Assembly: GCA_951406725.2 (NCBI GenBank)
Contig: OX597816.1
Location: forward strand, 174,964,001 to 175,028,000
DNA length: 64,000 bases
Source: Octopus vulgaris
Taxonomy: Eukaryota
Reading direction: 5' to 3'
The position numbers and the translations under genes were made by a program. Below, one piece after another: positions 13,860-25,552 of this stretch. The notes under the pieces are model-generated. The model searched no databases and was not told the DNA's origin. It was given only the letters and a program-made list of their open reading frames with translations. The first letter of the stretch is position 1. Each line of letters begins with the position of its first letter.

Positions 13860-14700
13860 GGATTTCTTCTGTTTGGCTTCACTTTTTGAAATTTTAAAAC
13901 TAAGTGAAAATTTTCAAATTTGGTATATTTATGTAATTTTTCATGCTGAATCTGATGTTGTTATTCACTCGTTTCAAGAAAAATTTTTGAAAAATGTTAC
14001 TGAGGTTTAAAGTGTGATTATTTTTACCTAATCAGAAAACAGGATTTGGAAGCTGGCATTTTGTATGTGATGACATTACAACGACTGATGACATAATGAT
14101 GACAAAACATTCAATGAAGGAAATTTTAAGTTTTAATGAGTAAAGTCATGTGAAATGTTGGAACAGGCATGTAATGCAGAAAATTGCCAAAAAAAAAAAC
14201 AAAAATAAGACACTGAAACTGAACATTAAATTACAAAAAAAGCAAGCTGTAGTTCAGTTTGTGTAAAGAATACATATTTTCTTTACACAAGTTGGCTGAA
14301 GTCATACTTCTATTTAGGTTTAAAATGCCCAGGAAAACACATATAAACCATTCGTTCCTCAAAAATATATGGATGGTGGTTGGCAAGCAGACTATCAGGA
14401 CTGCAACAGATGAATATAAGCAGGAAAATACAACCGAAAATATTAATTTGTTTGTCAGACAGCAACAGATGGATAAATGCAGGAAAACACAACATAAACT
14501 ACATGTAGTTAAACAGGACAACAACAGGCAGGTAAGCAGACTACGCAACAGCTTGGCTTGTTATTATGGCTAAAATGGCCCAAAATTTGTAAACTTTAGA
14601 AACTATTAACTTTTTATTTATTAAATTAGGCCAAAATGAATTTCATTTTCATAATTAGCATACAAAACTACATCAATACACCAAATTTGAAATCAATTGG
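13860..14700. repeat. Old interspersed repeat (probable non-autonomous DNA element)
   Basis: Reverse-complement similarity to 38040-38400 and 39130-39260 (e.g. catcaatacaccaaattt; aaatagaagtatga). Confidence 0.45.
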
Positions 14701-14880
14701 AACAAAATCAAAGGAATAGAAAAGTGAAAACGAAACAGAAAAGGTTTTCCCCATCCCCTTTCTATATATATATATATATATATTTCTCCATTCAAGTTAT
14801 AATTTCTCTTGATTATATAAGTATAACACATGGAAAAGAAAAAGAAAAAAAATCAAGCAAAATAATAATATAATACTTAC

Positions 14881-14933
14881 CTTGAACAGGTAAAACTCAT
14901 GGTTTATAGAGAGTGACAGTTTTTCCTGTAAAC
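14881..14933 (-). CDS. DAW1: DAW1 coding exon 4
   Basis: Encodes (R)LQEKLSLSINHEFYLFK followed by GTAAGT. The 5' boundary follows a U12 branch site TTCTTTAAC and an AA acceptor (alternative AG 3 nt upstream). Confidence 0.88.
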
Positions 14934-15103
14934 TTACTTGAAGTTAAAGAATTTTAAATAAAGAACAATTGGCCATCATTTTAGACATGATTCAAAAGTC
15001 TTTCAAATTCAACACATATATAGATCAATGATATCTTTTTTATTAATAGAAATATTAAAATTACTAAGTCTCTCTAAAGGAGATTACGGCAGCGTTACTG
15101 GAT

Positions 15104-15233
15104 ATTAATAGTTATTGCCATACTAATATGGCAGTCATATAAATATAAGACTAAAGCTGTCGCTGATTAGCTCCAAGAAGCCACCGCCTTATATTTATAA
15201 GACTGCCATATTAGTATGGCAATAACTATTAAT
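15104..15233. repeat. ~46-bp-arm near-perfect inverted repeat inside the U12 intron
   Basis: attaatagttattgccatactaatatggcagtcatataaatataag pairs with cttatatttataagactgccatattagtatggcaataactattaat. Confidence 0.85.
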
Positions 15234-15687
15234 CTTTTTTATTGTTTTGATTGTAATGTCTACTCTAAACACACGTCAACCACTACCAAAATCATTTACC
15301 AGATTTCTGTTTTTCTGTATCTAATCTCAATTACCAAATCCTGCATAAACCAATCAAGAAAATATTGCATATATTTGTGTGTGTGTGTGTGTGTGTGTGT
15401 GTTATAACTAAATTATCATCCCAATATCTTCTCTTTTCAAAAGCCACGTGATACCATGATGGACACTGTCGCTGTCTGATTAAAATGTTCACTCACAAAA
15501 ATGTAGTTTTAGAACCACTCTCACTTTATTACCACACAGTGTAGATAAGTGTCTTCTACCATGGCTTCTGTTTGACTCAAGCTCTGTGAATGAAAGTTGG
15601 CAGAGTCTGTATGAAAGCCTATCAGAGGGACAATCTTTGTTGTTGGGATGTAGACTTATACTGTCACCTGCTTTAATACCACCATCC

Positions 15688-16072
15688 GGAGGCGCAATGG
15701 CCCAGTGGTTAGGGCAGCGGACTCGCGGTCATAGGATCGCGGTTTCGATTCCCAGACCGGGCGTTGTGAGTGTTTATTGAGCGAAAACACCTAAAGCTCC
15801 ACGAGGCTCTGGCAGGGGATGGTGGTGATCCCTGCTGTACTCTTTCACCACAACTTTCTCTCACTCTTACTTCCTGTTTCTGTTGTACCTGTATTTCAAA
15901 GGACCGGCCTTGTCACTCTCTGTGTCACGCTGAATATCCCCGAGAACTACGTTAAGGGTACACGTGTCTGTGGAGTGCTCAGCCACTTATACGTTAATTT
16001 CACGAGCAGGCTGTTCCGTTGATTCGGATCAACCGGAACCCTCGTCGTCATAACCGACGGAGTGCTTCCATC
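15688..16072 (+). mobile_element. tRNA-derived SINE (GGAGGCGCAATGGCCCAGTGGTTAGGGC head), full length
   Basis: Pol III A/B-box-like head. 12-bp TSD AATACCACCATC (15675-15686 / 16073-16084). Confidence 0.88.
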
Positions 16073-16773
16073 AATACCACCATCTAGCCTTTGGGTATCC
16101 TTTTCAGAGTACACACTGTTGAAATCATTTGAACCAAGTTTCCAGAGTCAATTTAAGTTCTCCTTTCTTCACGCTTGTAAAACCTGGAAATGGATTATGA
16201 ATGCTGTCTTTCGAACTCTGATAACAGCATCAAAAGAAGGAAAGTCAAGATGTTGGCAGCTCATATTTCCTCATCAGCACTGGAAATGCGTTCAAACCTG
16301 AGACACCTAACTTGGCTGTTTATGTAACTGTAAATATCAGTGAGCAGTGTGGCTGATCAGAGGAAACACAGGTAGTACAGTAAAATTAATTAATGGTGGT
16401 TTGGAGAGACAAATTTTTATTCTATGAAAAGCAGGTAGAATATAACTGTAAGAGAACTGGATTACATTAGACTTACCTAAGTAATCAGAGAATAAACTTA
16501 CTAAAATTGCATGTAAAACCACAAAAACTGTCCTTCATTCATAAACCTCATGTATGATCTAAATGACTCTATAAAGTGAGAGTGAAATTCAACCTGAGTA
16601 ATGGAGCATTGTTTTTCTAAAGCTTGGACTGATAAATCTATTTAGCATACCCAGATTTGGACATAATATCCTGTTTCTTCATAGGATAAAGGCTAGTGAG
16701 TATAGGGATATTCATGACCTGACTGCTATTGAGAAATAATGTAAATTTATGACAGAAATTAGCAAAAGGATAT

Positions 16774-16865
16774 GAGAAACAAGTGTCTTCAATTGGCCTG
16801 ATTTTGCTGCAGTAACTAATGGTTCCTTTAAGGTGATCTCATCTACAAGAGCATCAATATTGGTA
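16774..16865 (-). CDS. DAW1: DAW1 coding exon 3 (ends at a U12 donor ATATCCTTT)
   Basis: tgcag acceptor. Encodes TNIDALVDEITLKEPLVTAAKSGQLKTLVS, followed directly by ATATCCTTTT. 92 nt. Confidence 0.9.
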
Positions 16866-17034
16866 CTGCAATGGATATCATTACATCTGATATAACAATA
16901 TATAATAATATACAACAATGTACAATGTTTTATATCTATATCCATACACAAACACACAGATACATGTGTGTGTGCATGTGTGTGTGTTCAACCTATACCA
17001 GCATGGAAAATGAACCATTCAATGATGATTAGGT

Positions 17035-17066
<32 letters not shown>

Positions 17067-17229
17067 AATAAGAAAATGGAGAAATACATCCAAATCAAAT
17101 ATCAATTACCAGATAATACCCAATCACATACTTTATTAAACCACCACATAAGAAACTTTAAGGTCACTAGCAGTATATTGGATATATGTTATCCCATGGA
17201 GGGTTGCATTTACAACCCCTATCTCAATT

Positions 17230-17264
<35 letters not shown>

Positions 17265-17270
<6 letters not shown>

Positions 17271-17761
17271 GGCAGTTTGTCTGTCTGTGTGTCTGTCAGG
17301 TTGTACCCTCACCCTGACCACGGCTTTCAACCGATTCTGATGAAACTTGACACACACATAGCCCAATGTCATAATTCAAAACTAACACAGCGAAAATTTT
17401 GAAAAGTTCCCCCAGTTCTGAAAAAAATCGATAAATTCGACATGGAGTCGAGAATCTAAGCTTTTTATATGCAACACATTTTCTGTTGTAGTTTTCGCAA
17501 CTTACATTTGGGCGAACAGTGCTTCGCCCACGGTCAACTCTACGTGGGCTGTTCACGCGTTGGGAGGCGCAATGATGTTTTCATGTTTTCGCCCAAAGGG
17601 ACAGCTAGGAGCATCGTATACACAGAAGTATTCGAGTGAAGAGAAGACATTGCAACCTACACATGCGCCTTCGTTCCCTAGAGGGAAAGGACTAGATTGG
17701 GATTAGTCGTTGCCTACTAGGGGCTCTTACATACCCGGGTAATGCCGGGCTATGCTGCTAG
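17265..17761 (+). mobile_element. Non-autonomous Helitron retaining the Pif1 helicase C-terminal motif
   Basis: Encodes EQCFAHGQLYVGCSRVG...VYTEVF*. Has a 3' hairpin cccgggtaatgccggg and ends in CTAG, within a (TA)n context. Confidence 0.8.
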
Positions 17762-18429
17762 TATATATATATATATATCATCCTAATCATCATCATTATA
17801 TATATAAATCATCATCATCATAATCTAAAATCCATTTTCCATACTGGCATGAGTTGGACAGTTTAACAGGAACAGGGAAGTCAGAAGACTACACCAAGAA
17901 TCTGCTGTCTGTACTGCCATAGTTTCTATGGCTGGATGCCCTTCCTAACACCAACCACTTTACATAATGTACAGGGTGCTTTTTATGCAGCACTAACAGC
18001 AGCAGTGAGGTCACCAAGTAACTTACAGGACAAGACTCTTCAACTGGATGGGGGAGTACTATTGAGGGGTAGAAAGGTGTCTTGCATTAGAAGAGGGAAA
18101 TGGCTTCTTCAGATGGAGAAGGTAGAGAAAAGAGAAACAAAGTGAAAATGTGATAGAGAGGACAGGAGTCGTTCACTCGAGTTACAGAGGGGTAGTATAT
18201 AGTGGAGTGAAGAGGGTGAGTAGGTGAGTGAGTTCACAAGATTTTGAAAGGAGAGAGAGAGATAGAGGAGCTGGGTGGGGCTGAGGGTGAGGGTGGAAAT
18301 TAACAGGAGCATATTGTGTGAGAGTGGGTAGGTGGACACATGATGGACAATAGAGGGGAGGGGGAACAAACAATGTTGGTGAGCATGAAAGGGTTGTGAA
18401 GAGGGAGGGGGTTATGGATATGGATTTTA

Positions 18430-19895
18430 TTTTGATGGGCAAGTCTTCTCAAACGCATCATATCACCAATTGTTTCAGTCCTTTGTTGTTTCAGTAAGGC
18501 TCAAACTCTGAGGATCATTTCTCACATCTCCCTCTTCCACAAGTTCCTCCCACACTTAATGATTTACACTTCTTTAAGAAGCTGTCCTCATCCATATGCA
18601 TCATATGACACACACTCCTACCTGCACGCTATATTTGTCATTGTGCTCAATACTGACTTTCTCCTTACTGACAGCTTCCCTGTACATGGCTTGAACACTT
18701 CTCACCAACTACTCATCTACCATTAGCGTCTGCATTGACCACCAGATGAGTGAGCAAGGGACCCTGTCAAAGGCTTTCTCCATGTTGACAAAAGCCAAGT
18801 ACAGCAGTTCATTTTTTTTTTTTTAAGTTCTTCTCCTGAAACTGCTTCACCAGCATCATTAGTGCTTCTCCCTGGAACAAAGCCAAACTGTATCTCATCG
18901 AGATTAACTTTCTAATTAATTGAGCTATGATCAATTTTGTAACTTTCATCACCTGGTCCAGCAACCTGATACCTCTGCAATTACTTCTGTCTGAGACATC
19001 ACCTTTCCCTTTGTAGAAGTTGACTACACAAGTTGTTGAGTATGACCCCTTCCTGAACAACTTGATTCACTATACAGGTGACTAGGCCATATCCTACCCC
19101 ACTGTATATTTTAACAATCTCAGCAGTAATTCCTGAGGGGTCAGGGGTTTTCTCAGTCTTTATATCCTTAATTGTTTTATCTATCAAGATGCTGTCAACT
19201 CAGAAAGCTGGTCCCTTAGCTGGATCCACATTGGATAAACTCTTCTTCTCCCATGCATTCTCCACATTTAATAGCCTTTCATAGTGAGACTTCCAAGCCT
19301 CTTTCTTTGCAGAATCACTAAATGCAAGTGCGCCATCATCCATCTGAACACATTTCTCTCCTACAACATCATGATTTTCTCTGATATACTGTCTTGCAAT
19401 CCAGAACACATCATGCCTTTGGTTCTCATGCTGCAGAACATTGGCAAACTTCTTCCTTTCAGCTTCTCCCTTGGCTAAATATGCCTGTCACTTAGCTTCT
19501 CTTCTAGCTACCTAGTATAGTTATCTGATACCCCAACCCTTCCAGTCCTCTCAAGCCTGATTCTTTCCACTAATGGCTCTGTCTACTACACTGTTCCACC
19601 ACCTTTCCATCCTAGGTCTGGTTGGGACTTTGCACCAGTTACAAGTTTAGTCTGTGGCTCTCAGTAAGTTGTACCATGGGAACTTCCAGTTGTTCTCTAT
19701 GTTAAATGTCTGTAACTCCTCTTCCTTCTTGGCAAATGCTTCAGTTATGACAGCTTTTACTATTCAAAGGATCCATAAGCTTCCAAATCCTTCTTTTCCA
19801 GATTGGTCTGCTTCTTGGAACCCTTCTAACCTGAAGTCTGAAGTCACTATAACCTATGCTGAGGAGTACATTCATCGCCTGGGAAGGTCTTTGTG
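18430..19895 (-). mobile_element. RTE-clade LINE fragment (decayed RT)
   Basis: YKGKGD...NCRGIRLLDQVMKV; WKSHYERLLNVEN. Same family as 20683-22325 and 63340-64000. Confidence 0.85.
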
Positions 19896-19899
19896 TTCA

Positions 19900-20680
19900 T
19901 GAGCGGATGGAACTGTTCAAATTGTGGAATACACCCATAAGTGTTTTGTGTGGGAATATAGTCAGATCAGTCGAAGGTTCAAATGCAGCTGAGGGATTAA
20001 AACAAAAAATGTGTTTTCTCGGATGAACTGGGCTGCTGTACAAAAACAAAGGCAAAAATTGTGGTAAAACAAAGTGCAACACCTGTATATAAGCCAAAAC
20101 ATAATGTACCATTCACAACACTAGAACAGGTAAGTAAGGAACTTGAAAGACTTGGAAGCCTAGGAATAATTGAAAAGACAGATTGCTCACATTGGGCAGC
20201 ACCTACGGTCTATGTAAAAAAGGAAAATGATAAGTTATGAGTTTGTGCAGATTTTTCAATGGGTTTAAACAATTGCTTAAGCCCACATAACTACCCATTG
20301 CCAAGCCCTTAGGATGTGTACACAAAGATGAATGGAGAGAAATTCTTCTCAAAAGTAGACCTCTCAGAGGCATATGTACAAATCCAAGTAGAAGAAGAAT
20401 GCTCACATTTATTAGCCATTAATACACACCTTGGCTAATTTAAATTTAAGCGGCTTCCCTTCAATGTAAAAGTTACTCCTTCCATGTTTCAACAAGTAAT
20501 GGATACAATGCTGTTGGGCTGTAATTTTGCTATTGCCTGTTTAGACAATATCCTAATAAAAAGTGAATCACATGAACAACATGTAGAACACATAAAAAAG
20601 GGTATTCAAAAAGATAAGAGGAATATGGTTTTAAGTTAAGTGAAGAAAAATGTGAGTTCTTTTTGAAAAAATTAAATACT
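19900..20680 (+). mobile_element. Gypsy RT fragment (decayed)
   Basis: WAAPTV..KK...VCADFSMGLN...FSKVDLSEAYVQI...FQQVMD-type motifs with stops. Confidence 0.75.
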
Positions 20681-20682
20681 TG

Positions 20683-22325
20683 CACACCACATCCGATGCT
20701 TCTTATGTCTAACACTTCTCTTGGGGCACTTACACTCTGTCATGTATGCACACTGACATTACACATCCAGCGGATCATGCTAGCTTAATTTCTTTCAAGC
20801 CTAAGCATGTCTTCAGCAGTCACGGCCCACGTTTCACTGCCGTGAAGCATGGCAGTTCGCACACATGCATCATACAATCTACCTTTCACTCTGAGTGAGA
20901 AGCCCTTTGTCACCAGTAGGGTAGAAGGTTTCTGAACTTTGCCCAAGCTATTCTTATTCTAGTGGTAACACTCTCTGAGCATCCACCCCCACTACAGATT
21001 TAGGTAGCAGAAGTTATCAACTGCTTATAGTTTCTCACCCTGCATGTGATGGAATCTGTTTTCTGAGCATCTGTGGTGTTCATCGCCCCTGTGCATCTGC
21101 TGCATGTGAAAGCTATTTTCCTGATTAATCTTCCTTTGATGTTGCTGCACTTCTTATGTGTCCATAGCTTACACTGGGTACATCTTATGGAGTTTCTACC
21201 TACACCTTTTCTACAGATCAAGCAGGGTCACCTACCAGAGGAGGTGTGTGATGAGTTCACCTTCCTACTTACTAGAACTTTGGTCTTTGCTACATTGACT
21301 CTAAGGCTTTTTGATTCTAAACCTTGCTTCCACACCCGAAATTTCTTTTCTAGTTCCAGTAGTGATTCTGCTATGAGGGCCAGGTCATCGGCATAGAGGA
21401 GTTCCCAGGGGCAACCTGTCTTGAATTCCTGTCATTGCTTGGAGGACTATGATGAATAAAAGGGGACTGAGGGCTGATTCTAGATGGACCCCTACTTCTA
21501 CCTGGAATTCTTCACTATATTCATTTTCAGTCCTAACCCTACTGACGGCATCTCTGTATAGGGCCTGTACAGCCCTTATTAACCATTCGTCAATCTCCAG
21601 TGTCTGCATTGCCCACCAGATAAGGGATCAGGGGATCCTGTCAAAGGCTTTCTCCAAGTTCACAAAAGCCAAATATAGGGGTTTCTCTTTGGCTAGGTAT
21701 TTCTCCTGCAGTTTCCGTACGAGGAATATAGCATCAGTGGTGCTTCTACCTGGCACAAAACCAAACTGTATCTCAATCTAAGTAGACTCTCTCCCTAATT
21801 AGTTGGGCTATGACCCTTTCTATGACCTTCATCACCTGATCCAGCAGTTTGATACCCCTGTAGTTATTTCTATCTAGAGCATCACCTTTACCTTTGTAGC
21901 AGTTGACTATGGTGCTGCTACGTCAGTTGTTGGGTATGAACTACCTGGTCTACAATACGGGTGACTAGGCCACAGCCCACACCACCAGATGTTTTAAGCA
22001 TCTCAGCAGTGATTCCTGATGGGCCAGGGGCTTTTCTTGATTTCATATCCTTAATTACTTTATCTACCAGGGTGCTATCGATTTGGGTAGCTGGTGCCTT
22101 AACTAGGTCAACATTTGGCAGGCTCTCCTCCTCCCATTCATTCTCCACATTCAGCAGTCTTTCATAATGGTATCTCCAAGCCTCTTTCTTTGCAGAATCA
22201 TTAAAAGCAAGTGCACCATCATCCATGCAGACACATTTCTCTCCTGTGACATCGCTATTTTCTCTCACTCACTGTCTTGCAATCTGGAATACTTCAGTTC
22301 TTTGGTCCTCACATTGCTGGACGTC
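20683..22325 (-). mobile_element. RTE-clade LINE fragment (decayed RT)
   Basis: GVHLESALSPLLFIIVL, YADDL-like region, SIRCTQCKLWTHKKCS zinc-like motif. Confidence 0.85.
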
Positions 22326-22329
22326 AAAC

Positions 22330-22825
22330 AGAATTTAAAAAAACTCAAATAGAAGAGAACACTAAGAATTTAAATGTCACTGAAAGAAAAACAACGCAAT
22401 TTAACATAGTTAATTACATCAAATCAAATAAAAGTTCAGCTAGAATTAGAACAAAGATTATGTTATCTAAAGGTGTAAATTGTAATAAAGAACTTGGTGG
22501 AAATGAATTTAATTCTACAATGAATGATCAAATTAAAACTAAATCTGAGTGAAATATAAGTGATTGTCTTTGTAATTTTTCTAAACAGGAATCCTGTTAT
22601 TTGAAAAATAAGTGTAAGACTAAAAATGCAATATATAGATGTAAAGTTACATCTGGGGGTAATGAATACTTTTACATTGATAGGATATCATTAATTAAGG
22701 AGACTGGCAAATTATTTGAGTTCATTTAGAGATAAAAATAGAATATTCCAAACTAGTGTTAGCAAATTAATCTGGTTTATTAAGGACAGAAACAAAGATT
22801 AGATTATTTGTTATAATCCTTAACA
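22330..22825 (+). mobile_element. Penelope-like element, GIY-YIG endonuclease remnant
   Basis: From ~22562: DCLCNFSKQESCYLKNKCKTKNAIYRCKVTSGGNEYFYI(D), a Cys cluster followed by IY...YIG-like motif. Confidence 0.65.
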
Positions 22826-24620
22826 TGTTGGATTATTATAACGCCCACTTCGGTATATACTATACTTAGTAAACCAGTAAAGACACAACTATCTCTGACT
22901 GCCTACTACATATTCTCTTTACTTATAGTAACTAGATTATTCCATTCATCACATGGGAAGGGTGTACCATTATTACTAATTCCCTACATCTCCCTTTTTA
23001 AGTTTTTCTTAGGAAGTGTCATTTTATTTCACAATAATATTTTTATTCACCCCACTTCCTTTTTTTGAGCTCTTTTTTCGAACAATTTAATATTTTTTTC
23101 TCTTGGTATCTATTTTCAGGAATTCTGTATGTTTTCTTTTCCTTTCACTTGTATGCCTAGGTTCAATCCCCTGCAGTGGCATTGGTACTTGGAACATATT
23201 GTACAGCCATTCCATAGCTTCCTCCAACTTCTTTGGTTCGCTTTCCATGAATCTCTTTTTCACTTGGTTCCTGTGTCTCTTTTGTATACCTTTTCTATTT
23301 TTTACTCGATACATCATTTTACCTATGCATTTGGTAATTACGCCATCTTCACAAATTTTCTTTTTATTCTTGTATGCTCTCATATACACCTTTTCACCAA
23401 CTTTAAAGAATTTTGCTATGTCTTCCTTCGCACTTTTTCTTTTCTTGCCAGGTAGTAATTTATCAAAGACTGATTTTACTTTCTTTGCAAACATCAGATC
23501 CACTGGTGATCTACCTGCTGATGTATTCGGATTTGGTGTCACATGGTACACTCTTAAAAACTGTTGTAGAGCTACCTCATCTGTGACTTCCTTATTCAAT
23601 TTTCTAAGAGCTTTTTTGAAGGTATCAACAAAGCATTCTGCCTATCCATTAGATCTGGGAGATATGGCACCATATGCATTGGGACTCCTTTTTTCACACT
23701 GTATATTGTCAGAAACATGCAATGCTCTGCTTGCAACCAGAAACGTCTTCCATGGATAAATCTATGGAACTTCTTGCCACCAAATATGATTCACAACACC
23801 TCTTTTTCTATCTGACTATAATTCTTTTCAGCTGGCAATAATGAAGTTAAAGCATGGGCTATAGCCTTTTTACTGCCATTATCATATTTATGCAGAAGTG
23901 TGGCTCCTACACTTGCATCTGTAGCCAGTATAGTCTCCAACTTTGGATCAAAATGTGTCAGTCATAGGTCCGAAGTTAAAATACTTTTCAATTCACCGAA
24001 TGCCTTCTGGCACTTATCCATCCAACACCATTTTGTATTTTTTTTCAACAGATCATTGAGTAAGGCCCTTACGTTATGTACGTTTGGAATGTAGATTTGG
24101 TAACAAATTACCAAACCCAAAAATGCCTGCAGTATGGTTACATTTTTTGGTGTGGGCATATTCTTTATTGCTGTTGCCCTTGATGGGTCCGATTTTTTCC
24201 TTTTTTGTCTATTACTTGTCCTAAGAATTTGATTTTATTCAACAAGAACTCAAATTTTTCCTCTGTTAACTTGAACCCATATTCGCTTATTTTCTCAAAT
24301 ACTCTTTTAATGTGTTCAAAGTGTTGTTCCTGTGATTCACTCTTTATTAAAATATCATCTACATAGGTGATAGCGAAATCACAATCCCTCAACACTGCAT
24401 CCATTACTTGTTGAAATATAGCAGGAGCCACTTTTACACTGAAGGGAAGCCACTTAAATTTAAATAAGCCACAATGTGTGATAACTGTTAATAAATGTGA
24501 GCAATCTTCTATTTGTATTTGTAGATAAGCCTCCAAGAGGTCTAATTTTGAGAAGAATTTCCCTACATTCATTTTTGCAAACACTTCTTCCAGACTTGGC
24601 AATGAGTAGTTATATGTGAC
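22826..24620 (-). mobile_element. Truncated Gypsy LTR retrotransposon (RT-RNaseH-integrase, PPT, 163-bp 3' LTR at 22826-22988)
   Basis: FSKLDLLEAYLQI, YVDDILI, FLGL..YQIYIPN, and an integrase tail. PPT AAAAAGGGAGA abuts a TGTAGG...CCAACA LTR. Confidence 0.85.
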
Positions 24621-24623
24621 TGT

Positions 24624-25050
24624 GGAGGCGCAATGGCCCAGTGGTTAGGGCAGCGGACTCGCGGTCATAGGATCGCGGTTTCGATTCCCAGACTGGGCGT
24701 TGTGAGTGCTTATTGAGCGAAAACACCTAAAAGCTCCACGAGGCTCCAGCAGGGATGGTGGTGATCCCTGCTGTACTCTTTCACCACAACTTTCTCTCAC
24801 TCTTACTTCCTGTTTCTGTTGTACCTGTATTTCAAAGGGCCGGCCTTGTCACTATCTGTGTCATGCTGAATATCCCTGAGAACTACGTTAAGGGTGCACT
24901 TAGCGGTTCGGCAAAAGAGACCAATAGAATAAGTACTGGGTTTACAAAAGAATAAGTTCTGGGGTCAATTTGCTCGACTAAAGGCGGTGCTCCAGCATGG
25001 CCACAGTCAAATGACTGAAACAAGTAAAAGAGTAAAAAAGAGTAAAAGAG
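24624..25050 (+). mobile_element. Chimeric SINE (5' part from GGAGGCGC family, 3' part from GCAGGAGT family)
   Basis: Matches the 15688 copy up to ...cgttaagggtgcac, then switches to ttagcggttcggcaaaagag... of the other family. Confidence 0.75.
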
Positions 25051-25139
25051 TAATACTCTTTTTTTGAGTTCTAGTTTTCCTGTTTGCATCACTAAACCTA
25101 TATATATATTACCAAGCCTGTATGTACATATGTATGTAC

Positions 25140-25170
<31 letters not shown>

Positions 25171-25552
25171 TGTATGTATGTATGTATGTATGTATGTATG
25201 TGTGTGTGTGCGTGTGTGTGTATAGATATTGGTGCTGGTGCCATGTTAAAAGCACCCAGTACACTCTGTAATTAGAAGAGCATTCAGCTGTAGAAACCAA
25301 GTCAAAACAGAATATGGAACTGGGTGCAGCCCCTGGTCTTGCAGGTGATGTCAAGCCATCCAACCCATGACAGTATGGAAAACAGACATTAAATGGTGAT
25401 GATGTTATTACTATTACTATATTTATCCTACTTTATACTGGCACGACTCAGTGCGACCCCAGAAATCTGCTATCACCAGTCGGCATCATTAGGCTGTAGC
25501 TGGCAGAATAAAAAAAGGGGCTTTTATCGGCATATTCAAAAGATTTCCCATA

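Larger units (their letters stand above)
14934..16773 (-). other. U12-type (minor spliceosome) intron 3 of DAW1, probable AT-AA termini
   Basis: 5' splice site ATATCCTTTT (16773-16764). Branch site TTCTTTAAC (14951-14943). The 3' end ...CAAGTAA|GTTTACAG restores VSRLQEKL. Confidence 0.85.

Noticed and set aside
14927-14928. Canonical tttacAG acceptor for DAW1 exon 4
   Set aside because: It has the wrong phase for the U12 donor and removes the conserved RLQ residues. Pairing it with a GT donor (CTT|GTTTCT) would need a very weak 5' site and delete five aligned residues.
15688-15765. tRNA-like sequence (also at 24624 and 38761)
   Set aside because: It is the head of a SINE, followed by a shared body and flanked by TSDs, so it is not a stand-alone tRNA gene.
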